This document shows, piece after piece, positions 28,230-38,950 of a stretch of DNA of 64,000 nt. The DNA is from Daphnia carinata (Eukaryota). A program made the position numbers and the translations under genes. Every line of letters starts with the position of its first letter. Positions within the stretch are counted from its first letter, which is position 1. The stretch lies in NCBI RefSeq assembly GCF_022539665.2, contig NC_081334.1, positions 2,728,001 through 2,792,000 on the forward strand, written 5' to 3'. The notes under the pieces are model-generated. The model was not told the origin of the DNA and did not search any database. It was given only the letters and a program-made list of their open reading frames with translations.

Positions 28230-28390
28230 AGGCTCCCGAATTTTGACAACCACGGCAGTATGTCGTGTTGTACTAATAGATTTTAGACGTAATATGTGAT
28301 GGAGAATAGTGGTTCATTATTTCTAGGTTCGACCCATATTGAAAGTGGCAGTCGTTCACAGAAAGTAAAAAGAAATGGGCAGTAATGTAT

Positions 28391-28567
28391 GGCAATCCGT
28401 TTTACCCAAAAAAAAAATGATCGCGCCAGCGCTGTAGCGTACTGGCGCGCTATTCGCTATTCGGGGAGTGTATGTAGAGAATTAACTAGAAAGTGACCGG
28501 TAGATGTTGTAGCAGTGAAACAGAAAAAAAAACTTGTTTTTTTGGGGGTGGGGTAAAACAGATTGAC
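28391..28567. mobile_element. Short MITE-like element with imperfect TIRs
   Basis: Left end GGCAATCCGTTTTACCC, right end GGGTAAAACAGATTGAC; internal hairpin GCGCCAG-CGCT..AGCG-CTGGCGC. Related element at 35264-35439. Confidence 0.65.
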
Positions 28568-28803
28568 GTTTTATATATGGCAATCCGTTTTATATGGCAA
28601 TCCGTTTTACATTAAAAAAAAAAAAAAAAAATGGCGGAAAAAAAATAAAAAATCGCACTTTTTTCTTTTTTTCCGCCACGTAGCCATCTACCGCTCAGAC
28701 TCATTATTACTGGCGTAGGCAATTTCAGTCCATTGGATGCCATTCGCAGTTAGTTCAGTAGCGTGGATGGAGAATAACGCGTGGCTGGAGGAACAATTGA
28801 AAA

Positions 28804-30267
28804 ATGGATAAGATAATACAACAAAAGGATGGTAAGTATAAACATTATTATATTTGTTTTGAATTATTAATTATTGTTTATTAGATCAAATTATGGACCT
28901 GCAGGCTCAATTATTGCAACAGCACAAAATATTAGATAACAGCAAAGCTAAGGATGGTAAGGCCTAATGCATAATGATTCTATTTATTTGCTTTTATTCA
29001 TTTGTGTTTTGTAGCTCAAAGTTTGAGTCTACAAGCTCAGCTAGGGGAAAAGAAAAAATTGGAACGGAACAGTTTCCAAACAGTGAAGGAGGATTTTCCA
29101 AACTCAAACCTAACTGAACATGAGGATGAATTGGCATTAGGCGAACACAGTCAGGTACCTAAACTTTTCAAATAAGAATTCAAAATAAGTATAGAATTTT
29201 AACAAACAATTATTTATTGTTTAGTTATTCAGTCTACCACCTGACAGTGTGTTAAATTTAAATTCTGTTAGTGCTGCACAAAAAGAATCGTTAGTAATAA
29301 GCCCATGCAGTGAAGGAACTGAACAATTGTGGGACCGTATTTGGGCTGAAAATGGGTGTGGTACGGAAACCAAGATATGGCACAAGTTCAACATGAAACA
29401 TGGATTAGGTACTTTTCGGTTTTATGTCTATTGAAAAAGTATTTTTAATGCTATTATTTTGCATTCACAGAATTTAACGGGGGATCAAATCAAGTCTGGA
29501 AGTGTTACAGGATGGAAGAGTCAGCCTACAGATGAAAAAACACCGAGAGTGCATTACCATTAAGGTATGAGGTAAAGTAATAGAGTATGCACATTGTCTA
29601 ATGAGAAGTACCATCTTGTGTGAACGAATCCTGTATAACAGCAATCCTTTATAGTTCTTTCACAGCTAGAAGCCTCAAATAATTCTGCTTCCTTTGATAA
29701 ACAACAACTTGTCCTTTACGCTCAGAGTGTTGGTGAAGCTGGGTACTTAAATGGCCCTAAAGGTGTTTCACTTCACTGGCATTGCAGCGATGAACAGCAT
29801 ACATGGACTCTTTAGGTATGAAAGGAATTTTCTTGAAAAATTTTTGAATTTATGATGAAGCTCTTCTCCTCTTTGCCAACCAAGACTAATCTACAAAAAA
29901 AAATGTATCCAATAGGAAAGGATTTTCAGCATACTGGGAACACAACTATCAACAATGCAACATTCTACGGGTGTTATTTTATCATTCAAGAGCCTTATAC
30001 AATGATTTTCATCTACAATTTGTATTGCCTTTCCCAAGCTTCTGTCAGAAGTTGAATCTATGAGTCATGTAAGTCACATGAGCAACAATTGAGATGCTTA
30101 ATGGTGTTGTTTTTCTTTTCTCAGTGTAGGTTAATAGTAACATTGGATCTGAGAAAATTCTTGGTTGGGGCATGACACTGGATAAATTGTAATGATTGGA
30201 TGGATGACATGATATTTCTATACTTCATTCGAATTCCCGAGACGGTATTTTATATTTAAAAAATTGA
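28804..30267 (+). pseudogene. Decayed multi-exon gene of unknown product in the left arm (mirror copy on - strand at ~31928-33396)
   Basis: Short GT-AG introns join MDKIIQQKD|DQIMDLQAQLLQQ..|AQSLSLQAQL..EHEDELALGEHSQ|LFSLPPDSVL..PCSEG.EQLWDRIWAE..; frameshifts and stops follow. A synonymous difference between copies (AAG TCT vs AAA TCG = KS) supports past coding. Confidence 0.55.
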
Positions 30268-30852
30268 AGTGCATATCTGGGCTCCCTTCCTTTCCGTAGC
30301 CCCGTTTCCCCTTGACTCGTAATAAGCCCGTAGGGGGTCATGCCCCTACTGTACGGTATATATAAAAACAACATATACCGAGGTTTGGAGGGCTCTGGCC
30401 GGAAAGGGGACGTGGGGTGCCGCTTAGTTCGATGATGTGTTCACGGAGGGCGATGTGGCTACCCACAAATCCGAACTAAAGGTTAATCGCTCCTGTAAAA
30501 ATGTTCCATATCTTCGGCTCTTCTTCCGGCTTCTCTTAGCCAATCACCGGGTAATCTCCCCGGTGGGTCAACAAGGCAGTGTCTCCCCCTGCCTGGGTTG
30601 ACGGCAACTTTTGAAAGGGCTATTGTGCCTTTTTAAAGTTGCAAAAATAATTGTAATGTGCAGAGAATTGTCAATAAATTTTTTTTAATAAAATTTTTTT
30701 GCAAATTTTGTTTCTTTCACTGTCTGTTTTCACACATTACATTTATCATCTTTTTTTATTTAGCTTTCTCAATTCTCCTTTATTGTTTATGCCACGTTTA
30801 ATGGTAAGCATTGTTTCCTTTAAGCATAGTTTATCTGTAAGCATTCATTTAT

Positions 30853-30919
30853 TTTCCAGGGATCGAACCCTAGATGTTCGGCATTCCGCGCCGATGCTTT
30901 ACCAATGAGCCATGAATCA
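30853..30919 (-). other. tRNA-like unit (no acceptor stem)
   Basis: Minus strand TGGCTCATTGGTAAAGCA (A-box/D arm), TCGGC-GCGGAAT-GCCGA (anticodon-like arm), GGGTTCGATCCC (B-box). Confidence 0.65.
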
Positions 30920-31040
30920 TATGATGTCAAGTTGGCTTTTTTCTAGTCACTTGCGGACTTGCATTATTACACTTTGAATAAAACTGAAATGCAATACTGC
31001 AATATTATTTTTTCCATTTAGATGTAGATTTTTATACATC

Positions 31041-31105
31041 TAGTAAGGTTTGAACCCAGGGTAACAGTTATCGCAGCTGAATGCTCTACCACAGAGCTAT
31101 GGACA
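31041..31105 (-). other. Degenerate tRNA-like unit
   Basis: Minus strand TAGCTCTGTGGTAGAGCA...GGGTTCAAACC. Confidence 0.55.
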
Positions 31106-31202
31106 TTATAAAATCAATACAAAGATAAACATATAGTTGTGAAAGACTGCATAAACATCCTAGACGATAACATATGATATGCGATAATAAAGAGTTTAGA
31201 TA

Positions 31203-31271
31203 TATCTCGTGGCTCAATGTTAGAGCATCTGCGTTGCACGCTGAATGTCTGAGGATCGATTCCCATGCCAG
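31203..31271 (+). other. Degenerate tRNA-like unit
   Basis: TGGCTCAATGTTAGAGCA...GGATCGATTCCC (decayed A and B boxes). Confidence 0.45.
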
Positions 31272-31551
31272 TAAAACAATATACAAATACAAAATTACCT
31301 CAGAAATATAAGGTATTACACATTGTTCCTTGTCTAAGTTCATGAAAAAGTGTAATAAATAATAATTGAATACTGACAGGTAAACGATACAACGGTGGCA
31401 AAAACAATAAAATTGAATTGCGCAAGCTGAATAAAAAAAAAAATTGATAAATGTAATGTGTGAACACAGACAATGAAGGAAGCAAAATTTGCAAAAAAAA
31501 GTTTATAAAAAAAAATTTATTGGCAATTCTCTGCACATTACAATTATTTTT

Positions 31552-31915
31552 GCAACTTTAAAAAGGCACAATAGCCCTTTCAAAAGTTGCCGTCAACCCA
31601 GGCAGGGGGAGACACTGCCTTGTTGACCCACCGGGGAGATTACCCGGTGATTGGCTAAGAGAAGCCGGAAGAAGAGCCGAAGATATGGAACATTTTTACA
31701 GGAGCGATTAACCTTTAGTTCGGATTTGTAGGTAGCCACATCGCCCTCCGTGAACACATCATCAGACTAAGCGGCATCCCACGTCCCCTTTCCGGCCAGA
31801 GCCCTCCAAACCTCGGTATATGTTATTTTTATATATACCGTACAGTAGGGGCATGACCCCCTACGGGCTTATTACGAGTCAAGGGGAAACGGGGCTTCAG
31901 AAAAGAAGGGAGCCC
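31552..31915 (+). ncRNA. Candidate highly structured RNA element (copies: 30279-30642 on -, 33627-33879 on +, 5'-truncated)
   Basis: About ten abutting stems readable by eye, several needing G-U pairs on this strand only. See findings. Confidence 0.5.
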
Positions 31916-33598
31916 AGATATGCACTTCAATTTTTTTAATATCAAATACCGTCTGGGGAATCCGAATTAAGTATAGAAATGTCATGTCATCCATCCAATC
32001 AATACAATTTATTCAGTGTCTTGCCCCAACCAAGAATTTTTTCAGATCCAATGTTACTATTAACCTATATTGGGAAAAGAAAAACCACACCGTTAAACAT
32101 ATCAACTGTTGATCATGTAACTTACATGACTCATAGATTCAACTTCTGGTGGAAGCTTGGGGAAGGACATACAAATTGCAGATTAAAATCATTGTATAAG
32201 GCTCTTGAATGATAAACTAGCACCTGTACAATGTTGCATTGTTGATAGTTGTGTTCCCAGTATATGAAAATCCTTTCCTATTGGATAAAATTTTTTTTGG
32301 TAGATTAGACCTGGTTGGCAAAAAGGAGGAGAAATTCTTCGTCATAAATTCAAAATTATTTGAAGAAAAAACCTTTCATACCTAAAGAGTCCATGTATGA
32401 TGTTCATCTCTGCAATGGCAGCAAAATTAAAACATCTTTAGGGCCATTTAAGTACCCAGTTTCCCCAACACTCTGAACGTAAAGGACAAGTTGTTCTTTA
32501 GCCAGAGAAGCAGAATTATTTCAGGTTTCTAGCTGTGACAGAACTATAAAGGATTGCTGTTGTACTGGATTTATTAACACAAGATGGTACTTCTCATTAG
32601 GAAACTTGCATTACTCTGTTAATTTACCTCACACCTTAATGGTAATGCACTCTCAGTGTTTTTTCATCTGTAGGCTGACTCTTCCATCCTGTAACACTTC
32701 CAGACTTGACTTGATCCCCTGCTAAAATTCTGTGAATGCAAAATAATAGCATTAAAAATACTTTTTCGATAGACAAAAAACCAAAAAGTACCTAATCCAT
32801 GTTTTATGTTGAACTCGTGCCATATCTCGGTTTCCGTACCACACCCATTTTTCGGCCCAAATACGGTCCCACAATTGTTCACTTCCTTCGCTGCATGGAC
32901 TTATTACTAACAATTCTTTTAGTGCAGCACTAACAGAATTGAACTTCAACACACTGTCAGGTGGTAGACTGAATAACTAAAGAATAAATAATTGTTTGTT
33001 AAAATTCTATACTTATTTTGAATTCTTATTTGAAAAGTTTAGGTACTGACTGTGTTCGCCTAATGCCAATTCATCCTCATGTTCAGTTAGGGATGAGTTT
33101 GGAAAAACCTCCTTCACTGTTTGGAAACTGTTCTGTTCCAATTTGTTCTTATCCCCTGGCTGAGCTTGTAGACTCAAAATTTGAGCTACAAAACACAAAT
33201 GAATAAAAGCAAATAAATAGAACCATTACATATTAGGCCTTACCATCCTTAGTTTTGCTGTTATCTAATATTTTGTGTTGTTCCAATATTTGGGCCTGCA
33301 GCTTCATAATTTGATCTAATAAACAATAATTAATAATTGAAAACCAATATAATAATGTTTATACTTACCATTTTTTTGTTTTATTATCTTATCCATTTTT
33401 TTGTTCCTCCAGCCACGCGTTATTCTCCATCCACGCTACTGAACTAACTGCGAATGGCATCCAATGGACTGAAATTGCCTATGCCAGTAATAACGAGTCT
33501 GAGCGGTAGATGGCTACGTGTCGGAAAAAAAGAAAAAAAGTGTGTTTTTTTTTTTTACGAAATTTTTTTTTTTTTTCGGGGAAAACGGATTGCCAAAT

Positions 33599-35439
33599 GG
33601 CAATCCGTTTTACATAAAAAAAAAAAAGCCGGAAGAAGAGCCGAAGATATGGAACATTTTTACTGGAGCGATTAACCTTTAGTTCGGATTTGTGGGTAGC
33701 CACGTCGCCCTCCGTGAACACATCATCGGACTAAGCGGATCCCCACGTCCCCTTTCCGGCCAGAGCCCTCCAAACCTCGGTATATGTTATTTTTATATAT
33801 ACCGTACAGTAGGGGCATGACCCCCTACGGGCTTATTACGAGTCAAGGGGAAACGGGGCTACGGAAAGGAAGGGAGCCCAGATATGCACTTCAATTTTTT
33901 AAATATCAAATACCGTCTGGGGAATCCGAATTAAGTATAGAAATATCATATCATGTCATCCATCCAATCAATACAATTTATTCAGTGTCTTGCCCCAACC
34001 AAGAATTTTTTCAGATCCAATGTTACTATTAACCTATACTGAGAAAAGATAAACAACACCATTAAGCATCTCAATTGTTGCTCATGTGACTTACATGACT
34101 CATAGATTCAACTTCTGGCAGAAGCTTGGGAAATGCCATACAAATTGCAGATGAAAATCATTGTATAAGGCTCTTGAATGATAAAATAGCACCCGCAGAA
34201 TGTTGCATTGTTGATAGTTATGTTCCCAGTATATGAAAATCCTTTCCTATTGGATAAATTTTTTTTTGTAGATTAGACACAGTTGGCAAAAAGGAGGAGA
34301 AGAGCTTCATCATAAATTCAAAAATTTTTCAAGAAAATTCCTTTCATACCTAAAGAGTCCATGCATGATGTTCATCGCTGCAATGCCAGCAAAGTGAAAC
34401 ATCTTTAGGGCCATTTAAGTATCCAGCTTCACCAACACTCTGAATGTAAAGGACAAGTTGTTCTTTAGCCAGAGAAGCAGAATTATTAGAGGCTTCTAGC
34501 TGTGACAGATCCATGAAGGATTCTATGAGGATTGTACCGGATTTATTAACACAAGATGATACTTCTCATTAGACAATTTGCATTACTCTAGTACTTTACC
34601 TCATACCTTAACAGTAATGCACTCTCAGTGTTTTTTCAACTACAGGGCAACTCTTCCATCCTGTAACACTTCCCGATTTGACTTGATCCCCTGCTAAAAT
34701 GCTGTGAATGCAAAATAATAGCATTAAAAATACTTTTTCGATAGACAAAAAAACGATAAGTGCCTAATCCATGTTTGATGTTGAACTCATGCCATTTCTG
34801 GGTTTCTGTACCACACCCATTTTCAGCAGTCTTTATGGTAATAGTAATCAAAGCCACATGTACCACTATAAAATGGGTGTTGAAAAGCAAAGAAAAACCT
34901 GTTGAGATGGATACCAGGAGAATCAGAATAGATCTCAATCAACTTCAGTTATTCTTTTCCCTATAGTACTTCCCTATAATACTTAGTGACATAGCATAAT
35001 AGATATACCCAGAGATGGATATACCTGCCTCAATTCAGAACCATAGACCAACGGAAAAGAACACAGAAATGTAGCTGCTGTGAAAGCAGATCACTTTAGA
35101 ACACATGATTAGGTATAGATCATCTAAGAGGAAACCTAAAATGCCAAGACAAAAATATTGGGCATAATTGCAGTTTACCAAACATAGTAGCAAAATAAAA
35201 TAATTGTCCAAGAAAGACATATCACACTTGGGTTGGCGAATAGGTCAGTCTGATGCAATGTATTGCAACCCGTTTTCCTTCCCCCCCCCCCCCCAAAAAA
35301 AAAAAAAAAAAATAAATAAAATAAAAATATCGGCCTTACTTTCTGTTTTACTCCTACCAACCGATAGATGGCGGCAGCAGTGAAATAGAAAAAAAAGGCG
35401 GTATTTTTTTTTTTGGGGGGGGGGGTAAAAAGGATTGCC
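33599..35439. mobile_element. Third, internally deleted/rearranged copy of the same TIR element family
   Basis: Starts GGCAATCCGTTTTACAT(A)n four bases (AAAT) after the previous element's end. Repeats 31662-32850 directly over 33626-34825. Ends in a MITE-like unit terminating GGGTAAAAAGGATTGCC followed by ATAT. Confidence 0.75.
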
Positions 35440-35745
35440 ATATGTATCCAAAAACCCGATTTTGGTACAAATGGTGGGCCTTTAAATTAATTTCGTTTAG
35501 AGAGATAGGTGTGTTTTATTTATTTATTTTTTAATTTTCAATTTCGGCTAGATGGCGCCATTCATTATTGGAAGTAGATTGCCACTAGATGGCAGTGCAT
35601 GATTTTAAGCTGCTCGCCATCTACTCTACCCCGTTACCACTAAACTGCGCGCCAGTTGTAAACATGGAACCGTCTGCTAAACATCATGTTAAATGAAGAT
35701 TTTAACTTTATTGACGGCGAAAATTTTTGAAATCGGTTTAAGAAA

Positions 35746-37260
35746 ATGGCCATGGGCATTACGAATAGTCGTCCAATTTGTACATATCCCATTCCCATGT
35801 CCATCCAAAGCAAGTTGGGTAAAGCTGGCTTTCTTACGACAGGTTCTGTTGCAAACCTACGGCCTTCAGAGCTTTCTTCAAGTGATTACGAAAATCAAGT
35901 AATAGAAAATATATAAGACGAAAAGGTCAAACTTTTTTCTGTAGGTGCAGAGATATCTCTAGAAGATGCTGCAGACGTGCTAGATCTTGTAAGAAAACCA
36001 CACGGATTATTCCTTGAAACTAAAACTGCTCTGGAAATTCTAAGAGAAGAACAAAAGAATTGTCCTATTGTCACTATGAGTCAAAATGTTGACAAACTTC
36101 TAAATGGAGGTATCCATCTATCTAAAGTAACAGAAGTTTCTGGAATTGCAGGTGTTGGAAAAACTCAACTTTGGTAAAGATTACATACCACATTATCAAT
36201 GATGGGAGATCTTTAGCAATTTTTCTTAACATTTAGTCTCCAGTTGTGTGTCACTGTACAAATACCAGAAGAATGTGGAGGGCTTAAAGGCAATGCAGTG
36301 TTTATTGATACAGAAGGAAGCTTTAATACTTCTAGACTTCAAGGTTATGCATATTATATTTAACACATTCATTTTTCCTTGAATATTTTGAAAATTTCAA
36401 ACTATTGGATTTAAAATCATGGAAGGCATTTCTTTTCCGTTTATTCATTTTTGTCTCTCGTGTAGATATGAGCCTTGCATGCATTGAGCACTGCAGAAAT
36501 TCCATGAATTTAGCAGCTGAAAATTGGAATTTGGCCTCAATTACAGAAAATATCTTTGTATTCAGATGTAAGGAAGTGACTGAGCTTCTTTCATGTGTAA
36601 TGATACTGAAGGAGTTTCTTAAAACACATGATCAGGTTTATATGTGGTATTGTGCTTAAAAATTGTCAATTTATCGTTCGTCTTTTACCGCTTGCAGGTC
36701 AAACTAATAGTAATAGACAGTTTAGCCTTTCATTTTCGTCATGATTTGGAAAATGCAGCCTTACGCAGCCGCGTACTGCATAAAATCGCCGCCGAACTCG
36801 CCCGCCTTGCTGTTGAATCGAAACTTGCTGTACCTCATTTCTATTTTAAATTAAGTTGTGGGTTAAATGTCTTAATGCCTTATTGATTAGGTGGTCGTAA
36901 CAAATCAAATGACAACAAAATTCGATTCTAAAGGACAAGGTCGCTTAACTCCCGCTCTCGGTACATCTTGGGGACACGCCCCCACTTTTCGCCTTATCTT
37001 GGACTGGGATCCGTCACGAAGTTTCAGATGGGCAACTCTTATAAAATCTTCTTCATTACCACCTGGCTCTGCACCCTACCAGGTACAACCTTAATAATTG
37101 GAGATCTCGATAACTTCTCGCACTAGATAACTTAAAGTGCTGTGAATAGGTTGTTCAAGACGGCATACGGGATGTTTGTTTCGACAAAGAAGTAACACCT
37201 CCAATTGCTATTGTTGAGGATGGTATTCCAGGAATAATTTTCAGTAACTCTGACGTCTGA
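35746..37260 (+). CDS. RAD51C: DNA repair protein RAD51 homolog 3
   Basis: KLGKAGFLT...[21 protein letters not shown], Walker [32 protein letters not shown], Walker [34 protein letters not shown]. Confidence 0.93.
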
Positions 37261-37684
37261 AACATTTTTGTCCAGTACCTTCTCATCGCTGCTAACAGTT
37301 TATGTTTGTCATATAATTAGTCCCTATATAAGATAATATTGTACATACTTTATACACTGTTAGATCGATGCTGAATTCTGTAACCAAGGAACATAATTTT
37401 AATGAATCAAATGCCAGACAATCAGCTAAAGAATATTTCTAGTTTTGAAAAAAAAAAGGCACTTTAAAAGCTGAATTTAAGCAATATGGCAATATCGAGT
37501 TTCCTTGGTTTTTGTCGAGCTGTTTTACAAACGTTGATTCTCTCCGGAAAACAAACGTCTGTAATGTATTTGCTAAACCATTATAATTATCATGAGGTCG
37601 AAAACGTCAATGATTGATCGTCATTCTTTCATCAGTTGTCCAACTTGTAGGCAAAGAATTGGCTTTAGTAAGGTGATTCGAGGA

Positions 37685-38599
37685 ATGGCTGCGAACGCAC
37701 CGACTGACGAATCGTTTTCCCTTACGATAACGGAGTGTGAAACCGCGCTTTCTTGTGAAAGTAAGATATAACTTGAGATTTAACTAATCATTGTTTTGCG
37801 ATAATTTTATTCTGTAACTGCCACTACGTCCAGGTTCCCAGAATTCTTCTTCACACAATGGATCCTATCACAGTCCATTGATGAATGAACTTGCGAAAAT
37901 GGTGATGAACTTTAAGGCTAAAGCTTTACTGCTGGAAGATGAACAGGAATCACTATTTTCTATATTAATGAATTTACGAGAAGAACTTTCAGCAGAAACT
38001 TCCACACTTTCTGGTAAGAATGATACCACAGTTAAATTCAAATGTGTAATAATAAATAATAGAAATCTCTGTTGTAGTTGTACTGTAATTTGGTTATCCA
38101 TAGTTATCACAATATCATGTATGTATTTTCATTCTTTGTTAGGATTAGGAGCAGTTAATGCTGTTGATAATCTGATTGCCACGTTGGCAGATGTAAATTT
38201 GAAAGTAACTACTAAACGCAGCAGTCATGAAGAAGAAGCTCTGCATCAAGTTAATAACATGATCAGTCAACTTGTTTCCCAATCACAAACTGAAGTGCAT
38301 AGCACCAAAGAGCTATGCCATGTTTACATCCGATCTTGTTACCAACCAGGTAGAAATCTTTGTTGTTTTTCTTGATTTTTGCTGCCAATATGTGAAACAT
38401 TTGTGTTCTTTTCTTTGAAATAGGTCAGTGTACAGATGAATCCAACTTGGATGAAGGAGATTCCTTTCAGTCGTTCATTCTTAGATGTGCACCAGATGAT
38501 AAACAGCGTATTAGAAGAAGATTGCACGGATTATTAAAGTATATCGATTCTCGACTCAAGGATATTTATTCCCCTACTAATGAGGTGACTGAAAAATAA
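37685..38599 (+). CDS. BAG2: BAG family molecular chaperone regulator 2 (4 exons)
   Basis: V.LKVTTKRSSHEEEALHQVNNMI...YIRSC...FQSFILRCAPDDKQRIRRRLHGLLKYI resembles the BAG2 BNB domain (VETIRNPQQQESL...[24 protein letters not shown]). Confidence 0.82.
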
Positions 38600-38950
38600 A
38601 TATGTTTACAGGCATTTGTGACTTTCTGTCATCAATTCCTTCATTCTGCAACAAGTCCTAACATTCCTTTTTTATTTTTATTTTTTTTATATACATACAT
38701 GAAGAATTTTTGAATTACGGCGTCTTAAACAAATCTAAATAATGGCGGGTTCGTGCTACAGGGATTATTCTTTCCATTGCATTAAGCGTTCAAAACCAAT
38801 TTACTTACAAGGCGAGAAAACGTTTTTTGTCAGGTAACGGTAGATATCGTTGTATTGTTAAAAATACCTAAGCATGTTTGTACGCATACAAATGTTTAAT
38901 AATTTGTGAAAATAACGTGGATTATGCGAAGGAATGCGTGAAAGACAGCA

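Larger units (their letters stand above)
28596..33594. mobile_element. ~5 kb foldback/palindromic non-autonomous TIR element (arms ~28596-30855 and ~31358-33594, spacer ~0.5 kb)
   Basis: Ends GGCAATCCGTTTT...AAAACGGATTGCC. The right arm is a diverged reverse complement of the left along its whole length, e.g. 28680-28800 vs 33390-33520 and 30279-30642 vs 31552-31915. No transposase recognised. Confidence 0.8.

Noticed and set aside
29500..30270. Selenoprotein-like TGA read-through in the repeat's cargo gene
   Set aside because: Frameshifts and TAA stops are also present, and the structured block folds best on the opposite strand with no SECIS core seen.
31706..31720. TAACCT next to a pseudoknot as a telomerase RNA template for TTAGG
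   Set aside because: Only 6 nt match (one repeat plus 1), it lies inside the pseudoknot, and the element is multicopy within a transposon.
31700..31800. Hammerhead, HDV-like, group I or RNase P identity for the structured block
   Set aside because: CTGATGA occurs in one copy only and lacks the GAAA partner. The HDV L3/P1.1 core, group I S element and RNase P CR-I are not found in the right order.
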